Assembly: GCA_964016885.1 (NCBI GenBank)
Contig: OZ024757.1
Location: 26,722,001-26,786,000 of the forward strand
Direction: 5' to 3'
Length of the DNA stretch: 64,000 nt
From: Eledone cirrhosa
Taxonomy: Eukaryota
The notes beneath the pieces were generated by a model. It was given only the letters and a program-made list of their open reading frames with translations. It was not told the origin of the DNA and did no database searches. Below, piece by piece: positions 12,438-23,324 of the stretch. Within the stretch, counting starts at the first letter, position 1. Every line of letters begins with the position of its first letter. Made by a program: the position numbers and the translations under genes.

Positions 12438-13300
12438 GTAAGTATTGCTGGAATATTCACATTTTAAAGTGAATCTGTACTTTAATCTGGACTAATAATA
12501 CATATTTGCTCAACTGGTTTATATATACCTATATATATATATACAATCCTTATCCAGCCCTCTTTGGATTTTGGTCTTTGTATTTATTATTACTATATAT
12601 AGTTAGTTGGAACTAACTCTATACCGAGGTTGTCCTTTAGGCTGAGTGCTCTACCAACTTCAGATATAACCTCCCAGTTTTTTACCACTGTATATATGTA
12701 TATATATATTCCTTCCATATACTATACCGTTTGGTCATAGACACATATATATATATACACACACACACTCACATATATATATATATGTGTATATACACAA
12801 CAACAGCACCAGCTCTCTCTTCTAATCTTCTCTCTCTCTCTATGTCTCTCTTTCATTCTACTCTCTCACAACCACTATCTCTTTTTCCTTATCTTTCTCT
12901 CTCTCTGTTTATGAAGGTACCCCAAAAATCCCCATATCTCGGGAACCCGTGATTCGATTTTATGCGAAACTTGTTTTATTCCATTTGTATTCCCATTTCA
13001 GGGTCAACTTCCTTTCAAAGTATTTCCCCATTATGCACCCTTTTGGCTGTATTACATTACAGACAAGTAAGCAAGCAACCCCAGAGTTTTAGCATTATAG
13101 ATATCTACATACATGTGCACACACAGTTATATATAATTTGCTCGCTTTTTATAACAAGCATCTAAATATATATAAATTTACTACTACTACAACTACTACT
13201 ACTACAACTACTACTCCTCCTGCTACTACTACTGTTTTGATGTCTGCTATATTTGTTATCTGTTGTTCCCTGCTAAAACTGATGTCTGATGTCTTTACAG

Positions 13301-13371
13301 ATGATCATCAACAGTTACAGCATCCATGATGAACTTCATGAACATATAATAGGATCTGGAGTTTATCTGGC
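13301..13371 (+). CDS. SMYD3: SMYD3-like exon 6 (MIINSYSIHDELHEHIIGSGVYL)
   Basis: TTTACAG acceptor, GTAAGT donor; NSxxI...G.G.Y SET motif. Confidence 0.92.
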
Positions 13372-13982
13372 GTAAGTATATAACCTCTGATGGTTATTTT
13401 ATTAGGTCGTCAAGTATGAAATTTGTAGAAAAAAAAAACAACAAATTTCTACAAATTTCATACTTGACGACTCAATAGTTAAATTCTCATCAATTGGTTG
13501 ATACTGTGATTGTTTAAACATGCTGTTGACTGCATGTTGGTGTATGTACCTATGCATGTATGGTCCCGTAACTCATGATAGATTTGTAGAGGTGGCGTAG
13601 TGACATACGGTGTTACTTGGGCATTTTAAACCTGGTGGAGCCCATCCCTCTCCAGGCAGATTTCTTCCAGAGAAAGTGAAAGAGAGGAAATGAGAAAGAG
13701 ATATAGAGGAAGAATCGTACCCCCAGTATTAGAAAGGTACTTTCTTTATCGACCTTGAAAAGATGAAAGGCAAAGACCCCAGTACTAGACTGGTACTTTT
13801 TTTATCGACCTCGAAAAAATGAAAGGCAAAGTTGACCTTGGCAGGATTTGAACTCAGAGAGCAAAGTGCCAGAATGAATACCATAAAGCATTCTATCCAA
13901 CATTAAAATGACTGCCTATTCGCTGCCTTATCATGTTGATCTAGTTCTATCGAAAAGAATCTGTAGTTTACCTGGTGTAAGT

Positions 13983-16900
13983 ATCATCATCATCATCACC
14001 GTTTTACGTCCGTTCTTCCACGCTAGCATGGGTTAGACGGGTTGTCCTGTTGTGGGCAGTGTCTGGTCGGCTGACCATGCCTTGCTCATACAGGAACTGA
14101 TCTGGCTTGATTTCTACAGCTGGATGCCCTTCCTAACACCAACCTCATTTACAGTGAGTGCTGGGTGCTTTTTCGTGGCGCCTACACGTCCACTTTACAG
14201 TGTGGGCTGGGTGCTTTTTTGCCGTGGCACCTCCACGACCACCTTGCGGTGGGGGGGGGGGGGGCATATTGTTTATATGCTTCAGCATGTACCCATGGGA
14301 GGTCGGGTACCCTGTATTACTGCGTGACGCCAGAAGTCACGGTCGTGTGTCATTGACTTTGAGAGGTGTAGTTGGGTAAGGTCGGCTTTTATCACCTCAT
14401 CCCAAGTCATCTTGGGTCTCCCCACTCCGCGGTTTCCATCAACTTCTAGTGCTCTGCACCTTTTTATGCAGCTGTCATCCTTCATACGCATCACATGTCC
14501 ATACCAGCGTAACCGCCTCTCCTGCACGCAGCATTTGATTCCTCTTATGCTCAGTCTCTCTCTCAATTCATTTATGCTTTGTCGTTCACGTATATTACTG
14601 TTACACATCCATCGGAGCATGCAGGCTTCGTTTCTCTCTAATCTACGTAAGTCTTCCACCTTCAGCGCCCAGGTCTCACTACCATGCAACATCGCTGTTC
14701 GGATACACGCATCATACAGTCTGCCTTTCATTCTGAGGGAGAAGCCTTTTGCAGCTAGCAGTGGTAGTAGTTCCCTAAACTTCTTCCATCCCGTTCTTAC
14801 CCTAGTTATTGTACTTTCTGAGCACCCACCTCCGTTGCTAATTCGGTCACCTAGGTAGCAGAAGCTGTCTACTGTTTCTACAGGGCCCTCCCAGAGATTG
14901 GTGGTACTTGTTTCCTGTGGCTGTTTGCTTGCTGTTTCAGCACAGCTGCTGCATGTGAATCCTACATTCTTAATTAAGCTTCCTGAGATCCCGCTACATC
15001 TCTTGTGTACCCATTGTTTGCATTTGGGGCAAAGAATGGAGTTCCTACCTACACCTTTCCTACATACTGAGCAAGGCCATTTCCCTGAGGGGATCTGGGT
15101 TCTGTTTTCTCGTCTACTTATAAGGACCTTAGTCTTTGTCATGTTGACTTTGAGGCCCTTTCTCTCTAGTCCCTGCTTCCAGGTTTGGAATTTATTCTCT
15201 AGTTCTACCATAGATTCAGCTATGAGTGCGAGGTCATCAGCATACAGGAGTTCCCATGGGCATCCGGTCTTAAACTCCTCCGTTATTGCCTGCAGGACTA
15301 TGATGAACAGGAGAGGGCTAAGAACAGAGCCCTGGTGGACCCCAACCTGTACGCTAAATTCCTCGCTATACTCATTGCCAATCCTAACTTTGCTGACTGC
15401 TCCCCTATACATGGCTTGTACCGCTTTCACAAGCCATTCATCTACTCCTAGTTTTCTAAGAGCCCACCAGATTACTGCACGTGGAACTCTGTCAAAGGCT
15501 TTCTCAAGGTCGACAAATGCCAAGTAGAGTGGCTTACTTTTAGCTAGGTACTTTTCCTGTAATTGCCTCACAAGGAAGAGCGCATCAGTGGTGCCTTTCC
15601 CTGGTACAAACCCAAATTGCATCTCGTCTATATTCACCCGGTCCCTAATCAGCTGTGCTATAACTCTTTCTGTTACTTTCATGACCTGGTCCATCGACTT
15701 TATACCTCTATAGTTTCCTCTATCTAGTGCATCACCTTTACCTTTGTAGCAGTTGACAATGATGCTACTGCACCAATCTTTTGGTATGGCCCCCTCTAGT
15801 ATTACCTGGTTAACGATACGTGTGGTTATAGTGTGACCTACAGACCCAGATGCATTCAGCATCTCGGCAGCTATACCCGATGGACCGGTTGCCTTCCCTA
15901 TCTTCATATCTCTGATTGCCTTACTTACTACGCTGCCGCTGACTTGTACTGCTGGTCCCTCTATAGGGTCTACGTGGGGTAGGGTCTCTTCTTCCCATGC
16001 ATTCTCCTCATTTAGTAATCTATCATAATGACTCTTCCATGCATCTTTCTTCTCAGCACTTGTGAGGGCAAGCTCACCTTTATCATTCCGGATACACTTC
16101 TCTCCAATGACATCACAACTATCTCTGACACACTGCCTCGCAATCTTGAATACCTCCTGTTTCTGGTCCTCACGTTGTAAAACATGCTTGAATTTTCTAT
16201 CCTCTGCTTCCCTCCTAGCTAAGTATACTTGTCGCCTAGCTTCCCTCTTGGTCTCTATGTAATGTACCCTGCTCCCCCCGTTCTTCCATTCTTTCCATGC
16301 CTGTCTCTTGGCCTTGACTGCTTCATCTACCTTATTGTTCCACCACCAAGTCACTCTCCTCCTGCTTGAGGTCTTACTCCAGCCACAAACCTCATCCGTC
16401 GCCTCTAGTAAGTTATTTTTTAGGAACTCCCAGTTCTCTTCTACGTTAAATGTCTCTATCTGTTCTTCTTTACTGTCGTAGGCGTTGAGTAAAATATCTT
16501 TAAATCTGTTACTGGTTGAGGGGACTTTCAGCTTCCAGATCTTTCTTCTCCAGGTTGGCCTCTGTTTCAGGGCTCGTCTAGTTCTGACCGTGAGGTCGCT
16601 GACAACTAAGCTATGTTGGGATGTACATTCCTCACTAGGGAAGGCTTTTGTGTTTACGACCGTCCATCTGTCACGTCCTCTGATGAGGATAAAATCTAAC
16701 TGACTAGAGTGCTCCCCTGATCTATAGGTGATCAGGTGGTTGTCGGGTTTTTTAAAGTTTGTGTTACATATCGACATGTCATTGGCGTCGCAGAATTCTA
16801 GAAGTCTGAATCCTTCCTCATTCCTTGTGCCAACTCCATGGCCTCCATGTACTCTATTGAAGCCGTCGCAGTGTTTACCTACGTGTCCGTTAAAATCTCC

Positions 16901-18403
16901 TGCAATGATTAGGAAGTCCTTGTCGTCTGTTAGAGCAGTAGTGTGTATTAGGGACTCGTAAAACCTATCCTTAAGTTCGTCTGGCAGCCCCGATTGGGGT
17001 GCGTAAGCTGATATTATTGTGGTAATTGTCTTATTCAGGACTAGTCTGAGTTTAATGATTCTTGCATTTACCCTGTACACTGAGATTACTTTATCTACCC
17101 ACTTGTCAGCTAATAGTATACCTACACCACCCATCCCATCGTCATTTCCCACCCAGAAAAATTTGTAGCACTGGCTTTTTCCTACAAGGACTCTAGCAGA
17201 CCCTCCTCTCCATCTAGTCTCTTGCACACAGCATACATCAACTTCCTTTCGCTCTAGCATTTCTACGATTTCTCCTGCTCTTCCTTTCATTGAGCCTACA
17301 TTGATGGTACCAACTCAGAGTTTTGGGCATTTGTCGACACTCGTAGGGGAGGGTCTCTGGGTTGGCGCTTCACGTGGGTGCTTGGTAGCTCGCAGATTCA
17401 TATTTCATCTATTGATTCAGAGTTGCTCGTTTATTCCCAGCTCATCCATCCATAACGGTGGGAAAATTGAGGGCTAGAAGGACAGTGGTGGTGGGGTAAT
17501 GGCAGGGTGTGTTGGGATGCGCCAGAGGAGGAGAGAGTTAGTTAGGCAGGTAGTAGCAGCAGCAGCAGCAGTGGAAATGGCATGCTAGGTTTGATTGGTC
17601 GAATAGACTATGGTGGTGTGTGGGGGTGGGGGGGAGGGAAATTGTGAGGTAGGAACTGAGGGTCGCATGGTAAATATCCAAGTTAATACTACATCAGTAA
17701 AATTAACAATAATAACGTCATGAAAAAAACTACTAAGAGAAACCCTCGAAAATTTATCGCTAATACAGCAGGGAAAATTTAACGCTAATACAGCAGGGAA
17801 CATCATAATATTAACGACAATATGTAGGCTAAAATACCTTCGTAGATTAGATGGATGGCTGGCTGGGAAAATTGGAATCAGCAGCTCTAGTGATACATTT
17901 TAGCAGAGAAGAATGGGAAAGTGTCTTATCTCTTCAATATTTTCAGATTGAATGAATTAGGTTAAAGACAGGGTAGTAAGCCTTAAAGAAGTGCATAGAG
18001 AGGAGGGGGGGGGGGGGGGGTAGGAACTGAGGGTCGCATGGTAAATAACAGAGAGATACAATAGGATTAGAATACCGCATGGTAAATATCCAAGTTAATA
18101 AGTTAATACTACATCAGTAAAATTAACAATAATAACGTCATGAAAAAAACTACTAAGAGAAACCCTCGAAAATTTATCGCTAATACAGCAGGGAAAATTT
18201 AACGCTAATACAGCAGGGAACATCATAATATTAACGACAATATGTAGGCTAAAATACCTTCGTAGATTAGATGGATGGCTGGCTGGGAAAATTGGAATCA
18301 GCAGCTCTAGTGATACATTTTAGCAGAGAAGAATGGGAAAGTGTCTTATCTCTTCAATATTTTCAGATTGAATGAATTAGGTTAAAGACAGGGTAGTAAG
18401 CCT
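13983..18403 (-). mobile_element. Near full-length RTE-clade LINE in SMYD intron 6 (antisense)
   Basis: Single APE-RT ORF, 3' UTR ending in (GAT)n at 13983-13999, and a long 5' region with a tandem duplication. The 5' boundary is approximate. Confidence 0.92.
14282..17290 (-). CDS. RTE LINE polyprotein: AP endonuclease + reverse transcriptase + PHD-like Cys/His insert
   Basis: QETRW, YAPQ, GDFNGHVG, DFIL and SQH endonuclease motifs; QFGF, FVDLEKAFDRV, GVHQGSVLSP, LLYADD, YLG RT motifs; CSVC...CPKC..WVHKRC...CSSC. The original start was probably 17401, with a stop at 17315-17317. Confidence 0.93.
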   Translation of the reverse strand: MKGRAGEIVEMLERKEVDVCCVQETRWRGGSARVLVGKSQCYKFFWVGNDDGMGGVGILLADKWVDKVISVYRVNARIIKLRLVLNKTITTIISAYAPQSGLPDELKDRFYESLIHTTALTDDKDFLIIAGDFNGHVGKHCDGFNRVHGGHGVGTRNEEGFRLLEFCDANDMSICNTNFKKPDNHLITYRSGEHSSQLDFILIRGRDRWTVVNTKAFPSEECTSQHSLVVSDLTVRTRRALKQRPTWRRKIWKLKVPSTSNRFKDILLNAYDSKEEQIETFNVEENWEFLKNNLLEATDEVCGWSKTSSRRRVTWWWNNKVDEAVKAKRQAWKEWKNGGSRVHYIETKREARRQVYLARREAEDRKFKHVLQREDQKQEVFKIARQCVRDSCDVIGEKCIRNDKGELALTSAEKKDAWKSHYDRLLNEENAWEEETLPHVDPIEGPAVQVSGSVVSKAIRDMKIGKATGPSGIAAEMLNASGSVGHTITTRIVNQVILEGAIPKDWCSSIIVNCYKGKGDALDRGNYRGIKSMDQVMKVTERVIAQLIRDRVNIDEMQFGFVPGKGTTDALFLVRQLQEKYLAKSKPLYLAFVDLEKAFDRVPRAVIWWALRKLGVDEWLVKAVQAMYRGAVSKVRIGNEYSEEFSVQVGVHQGSVLSPLLFIIVLQAITEEFKTGCPWELLYADDLALIAESMVELENKFQTWKQGLERKGLKVNMTKTKVLISRRENRTQIPSGKWPCSVCRKGVGRNSILCPKCKQWVHKRCSGISGSLIKNVGFTCSSCAETASKQPQETSTTNLWEGPVETVDSFCYLGDRISNGGGCSESTITRVRTGWKKFRELLPLLAAKGFSLRMKGRLYDACIRTAMLHGSETWALKVEDLRRLERNEACMLRWMCNSNIRERQSINELRERLSIRGIKCCVQERRLRWYGHVMRMKDDSCIKRCRALEVDGNRGVGRPKMTWDEVIKADLTQLHLSKSMTHDRDFWRHAVIQGTRPPMGTC

Positions 18404-18940
18404 ATATAACATTCAATGTTTATTTTAGTTAAATTCTCATCTATCATTGATACAGTTGTTTTAACATGCTCGTTCTGATCGATTGACAAGATTCTAGAGC
18501 TCATTCACTTGCTGGGTAGACTGGGGGTATCAAAAAAGGTTGAATGACCATCTAAAGTCTAAGTGTGTCTTAAACCATTTAGGGCTTGTTGGACTGGTGC
18601 TGATCCCAGTTTCATGGCATGAGGCGACTGAGAGTACAAGATTGCCCCCTGGACAGGATGTCAGTCCATCACAGAGTTAAACCCCCAGCTATTGCTGGTA
18701 CTCATTTATAGCTGAGTATACTGGAACAACGTGAAATGAAGTGTTTTGCTCAAGAACACTACAAGCAACCCAGCCAAGGAATTGAACCTATGACATTATG
18801 ATCGTAAGCCCAACACCCTTACCACTAGGCCACATGCCTCCACATGTTTGACCGTGCAGTTGTATTTTAAATTGAAACATTGACTGGTTATGTTAAAACA
18901 ATTGTCTAATCATTTGATAAACATATTTCCATATTTCCAG

Positions 18941-19049
18941 AGCATCTTATATGGACCATCAGTGTTGTCCAAATGCTACTGTAAGTTTCAGTGGCATAAA
19001 ACTTACCATCAGGGCCTTGGAACCAATAACCCAACCATTACCTAACCAG
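18941..19049 (+). CDS. SMYD3: SMYD3-like exon 7 (ASYMDHQCCPNATVSFSGIKLTIRALEPI...)
   Basis: TTCCAG acceptor, GTAAT donor. DHQCCPN occupies the NHSCxPN position and is followed by F.G..L.IRA. Confidence 0.92.
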
Positions 19050-19124
19050 GTAATTCACTTCATATTTCTCTTTTATTTTATTGTCACATTGCTTCCTGAC
19101 TTTCATCACCATTGCTGTCATCCC

Positions 19125-19737
19125 TCAATTCAGAGAAGTCGTGGCTCTACCTCGAATGACTCTCTCATCTCTGAGCTATGCACTTTATCGAGTAATGTTA
19201 CTGCAATGACCCTTTGGAGGAATCCCATTTTGGCCGCTTGTATTTGCAATCGTATTCTTTTGGTCATTACCCAATATTCATGACCATAGGTAAGGGTTGA
19301 CACAAAAACTGAATTGAAGGTGGCGAGTTTGGCTTTTATGCCTACCTCCCTTCTTCTGATTACTGAGTGCTGAAGCTGGAGCATTGCTGCACCAGCTCCT
19401 GCAATTCTTGCACTTAATTCAGCCTCTTGCCTTCCATCACTCGTGAACACAGCCCCAAGATACTTGAACTTCTCTACCGGCTTCAATGGAACTCCATTCA
19501 TATATAGCGTGCACTGTGCAGGCTTCCATAAGAGGACAAGAGTCTCAGTTTTCGCAGCACTGATTTTCAATCCAGCCATGCAGCACCTGGCATCAAACTT
19601 ATTAAGTGCAAGTCGAAGATCATCTTCTGATAAGTTAAGTAACACCATGTCGTCTGCAAATTCCAACCAACTGATTTTACACCCACCAGTCATGATACCA
19701 CTTCCAACCCAGCTGCACATGTCAATCCCGTTCATGT
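19125..19737 (-). mobile_element. Fragment of a second RTE family (RT C-terminal half)
   Basis: FADD, GLKISAAKTE, FKYLG and LTYGHE motifs. Related decayed pieces at about 7720-7900, 8735-9060, 28010-28235 and 62310-62490. Confidence 0.85.
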
Positions 19738-20095
19738 AAAATAATAAAATTATTTATGTAGCAGCTATTGTTATTCATTCATTACTGGCTAAGGAAAACA
19801 TATATCTCGACTCACTGAGACATATACACAATGCTTTATATGGGACAGATCAACTTATACATTCACCCATTAAGCCAATGTTTACTGTTACAAAATCCCT
19901 GCTACACCACAATAAACCATTGACTAATTCAGACAACAACACAACACAACAAACAAACTAATACACTTGCTACATATATATAATCAGGGGTAACCAAAGT
20001 AAGTAAGGTACTCAATACATAGCAGAGTATAAATATTTAATATAGAAATGTCTTCTACACGACTAGAACTGTTTCATTTGGGAGAAATCATCAGG

Positions 20096-20146
20096 GCTTT
20101 CCTGATGACTTCTCCCGAATGAAACAGTTCTAATCCTGTAGAAGAC
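20096..20146 (+). ncRNA. Hammerhead ribozyme candidate (SMYD intron 7, sense), same family as 11604-11656
   Basis: CTGATGA 20102-20108, GAAA 20121-20124, stem III ACAG/CTGT, GUA triplet; stem I imperfect (GCTTTC/GAAGAC). Confidence 0.55.
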
Positions 20147-20265
20147 ATTTCTATATTAAATATATATATATATATAGTTTTAATATAGATGAGATAAAAC
20201 TTTTATACTCTGCTATGTATTGAGTACCTTACTTACTGTGGTTACCTCCGATTCAACCCGGAATA

Positions 20266-20300
<35 letters not shown>

Positions 20301-20349
20301 GACATATCAACGATAATGATGTATTTCTGTTATGTTCCTTGTTCTTCAG

Positions 20350-20466
20350 GTCTTTATTTGTTATATCCAGAATGATGCCCCCAGCTGGGAGAGGAGAGAT
20401 GAGTTACAACAACGATACTACTTCACATGTACCTGTTCTATGTGTACCACAGATGCAGAGCAGGCT
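20350..20466 (+). CDS. SMYD3: SMYD3-like exon 8 (VFICYIQNDAPSWERRDELQQRYYFTCTCSMC...)
   Basis: IxY catalytic tyrosine, R...L...YYF.CxCxxC post-SET motif; CAG acceptor, GTAAG donor. Confidence 0.93.
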
Positions 20467-20679
20467 GTAAGAGTTGCTTTGTTTCATAAAAAATAGTCTT
20501 TAGAATGAGTACACTGTTATTACTGTGTAAAGTATGTGTGCTTATATTGTATCTATCCTCTGTACTCCTGAAGAAGAGCTAAAGCTTGACGCATCAAACT
20601 TTCTTTCTCCTTTTCCATATAAAGTATGAAGCTAATACTTTTTGTACCTTTGTTTTGTCATCTTGAACTATATTCATTT

Positions 20680-21006
20680 CATTTTACGTCCGCTTTTCCC
20701 TGCTTGCAAGGGTGGGACGGGAACTGATTCTGACTTGATTTCTACAGCTGTATGCCCTTCCTAACACCAACCTCATTTACAGTGAGTGCTGGGTGCTTTT
20801 TTTTCCGTGGCGCCTACACGTCCACTTTACAGTGGAATGATAGGGACCTCAGTCCCTATCATCTCATTTCTACAGCTGAGTAAACTGGAGCAATGTGAAA
20901 TAAAGTGTGTTGCTCAAGGAAACAACACATCACCCGGTCTGAGAATTGAACTCACAACCTTTCGATTGCAAGGCCAATGCTCTAACCACTAAGCCATGTG
21001 CCTCCT
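20680..21006 (-). mobile_element. tRNA-head, CORE-like SINE (family 2) with an RTE-derived 3' tail
   Basis: Head GGAGGCACATGGCTTAGTGGTTAGAG...GAGTTCAATTC, CCTTGAGCAACACACTTT core, tail shared with the RTE 3' UTR. Other copies at about 48115-48330 and 53550-53830; copies with a different tail at about 18570-18842, 43020-43205 and 46060-46550. Confidence 0.8.
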
Positions 21007-21430
21007 TATATATATATATATAGTTACGTCTCTTTACTGTCCGAGTTCAAATCCCGCCGAGGTTAACTTTGCCTTTCATTCTTACGGGGTCGATAAAATA
21101 AAGCACCAGTAATGTACTGGGTAATTGCTGGCCTTGTGCCAAAAGTAGAAACAATTATTTATTTGAGGGCAGTGTAAGTAGAGCGTCGGACACCATGCTT
21201 TGCGGCATAGAGTTGCGGTACTTTATGGTCTGAGTTCAAATCCCGCCGAGGTTAGCTTTGCCTTTCATCCTTATGGGGTCAATAAAATAAAGTAGCAGTA
21301 ATGTACTGGGGTCAATTAAATCAACTTTCCCTTCGTCAAAATCGTTGGTCTTGTGTCTTATTATTATAATGATAATAATCTTTGTGCTTAGTTACTTCTT
21401 CATGAGTCTGTAATATACTTTCTTTTCTAG

Positions 21431-21503
21431 GATAAACAGATGACCAGTGTGAGATGTTTTAAGACCAACTGTGGTGGGTTTACAGGAATTAAACAGATTA
21501 ATG
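21431..21503 (+). CDS. SMYD3: SMYD3-like exon 9 (DKQMTSVRCFKTNCGGFTGIKQIN)
   Basis: TTCTAG acceptor, GTCAGT donor, frame preserved. Confidence 0.85.
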
Positions 21504-21648
21504 GTCAGTTTCTAGATTTTCTCTGACTTGATTCTTTATTGTTACCTTCCTGTTTAACCCTTTAGTATTTAAACTGGCCATATCCGACAAGCATGTATAT
21601 ATATATATGAGAATTATCTACAAAATTCTTCCAATTTTTTCCCTTTAG

Positions 21649-21789
21649 ATGATGACGAGTGCCAACTGTGGCCATGTGTGAAATGTAAGGAGACAGAATT
21701 TCCAGCAGAATATGTTGATAAGGTCCATCGATCATGGCTAGAAACCAGGAAAATTGTGAAGAATTTAAACAAGATGTATGAGAATAGAG
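21649..21789 (+). CDS. SMYD3: SMYD3-like exon 10 (DDECQLWPCVKCKETEF...KMYENR)
   Basis: TTTAG acceptor, GTCAGT donor, phase 1-1. Confidence 0.85.
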
Positions 21790-22164
21790 GTCAGTGTTTC
21801 CATCCTTGGTTGTCTCTTAACTATTCCTCACCACCACAACTTTATCTAAATACAGAGATCACTAACTTCTTTTTGTTATGGATGACCTTTGGTTTTTTTC
21901 TTTAGTTTCCTTTCTTTTATACAAAACTGAAAACGGTTCCAGACCCTCAGAGAACATCTCGATGGCCAACTTGCATATTATATCATATCTTACATATATA
22001 CAAATTTGAAAAGGTCTGCGGTCCACAGAGAACACCTCAAAAGCCCACATGTATATTATATCATATCATACATATAAAAATGTCTGAGGTTAACAGATGG
22101 CCCACATGTATATTATATCATATCATCATCATCATTTTACGTCCGCTTTTCCCTGCTTGAAAGG

Positions 22165-22590
22165 GTGTCACGATCCTTCGTCATCTCCTCTGTGAGTTTC
22201 AGCAATCTGAGGTCTGTTCTCACCACCTCCGGCCATGTTTTTCGTGGTCTTCCTTCTACTGGGAATTTTTTGACACTTCTTTACCCAGCAGTCATCCTCC
22301 ATGTGCATCACATGTCCATACCTTCTCAGTCTTCTCTCCTGCATACTACAACTTATCCCTCTTATACAGTTTCTCTCTCAACTCATCTATGCTTGGTCGT
22401 TCACGCACATCCAACGGGAGCATGCTTGCTTCATTTCTCTCCAGCTGTCGCATACCCTCTGCAGTTGCCCATGTCTCACTACCATGCAGCATCGCGCATC
22501 TCACACAGGCATCATATAATCGGCCTTTCGTACGCAGGGAGAAACCCTTCTTTGTCAACAGAGGAAGCAGCTCCCTAAACTTCTTCCATG
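22165..22590 (-). mobile_element. Decayed RTE fragment related to the full-length family
   Basis: KGFSLRTKGRLYDACVRCAMLHGSETW, with frameshifts. Confidence 0.85.
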
Positions 22591-23324
22591 TATATTATAT
22601 CATATCTTAATTACACATACAGATTTGAAAAAGTCTGTGGCCATCAGACAAAACCTCAATGGTCATCATTATCATTATTTAATGTCTATCTTCTACGCTG
22701 GCATGGATTAGACGGATTTGTCCCATTTGAGGCAAGTTGGGTTGGGTGACCGTATCTTGCTCATATAGGACTGTTTCTGGCTGGTTTTCTACAGCTGGAT
22801 GCCCTTCCTAACTCCAACTACATTTACAGTGTGGACTGGGTGCTTTTTGACATGTCACCTACACGACTGCTTTACAGTGTGGACTGGGTACTTTTTGTCG
22901 TGACACCTACGCAAACACTTTACAGTGTGGGCTGGATGTTTTGTGGTTCGAAAATAACTTTACACAGTAAGGGTAGTGTGGGAGAGGTGTAGGGGGTGTG
23001 GGCTTAAGAGGTGCTTACTGAGTATAAGTTTAAGTCCGTGCGCATTACTGCATAGCGCCATGTATATTATATCCTATCTTAATTACACACACAAATCTGC
23101 AAATGTCTGACAGCCACAGAGAACAGCCTCACAACCACACCTCACCTACATACATCATAATCTTTCCAGATCCTCACTGCCATACAGTATTACAACACTG
23201 ACACATACATCATAACAAATAACCATTTTATTTCCACAAAAACAATTTTTTTCAGTAGAATGACTTTCAGAAATATATAAATATATAAAGAAATGTTAAT
23301 TGTTCTTTTTACTTCTCTGTTCAG

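Noticed and set aside
12962-13165. QSFSIID segment as the SMYD NSF exon
   Set aside because: Exon 13301-13371 (MIINSYSI...GSGVYL) has proper splice sites and the full motif.
14412-16961. Plus-strand ORFs of 66-209 aa
   Set aside because: Antisense shadows of the RTE ORF.
18951-19283. 110-aa ORF as a standalone gene
   Set aside because: Only 18941-19049 is SMYD exon 7; the rest is intron and an antisense RTE fragment.
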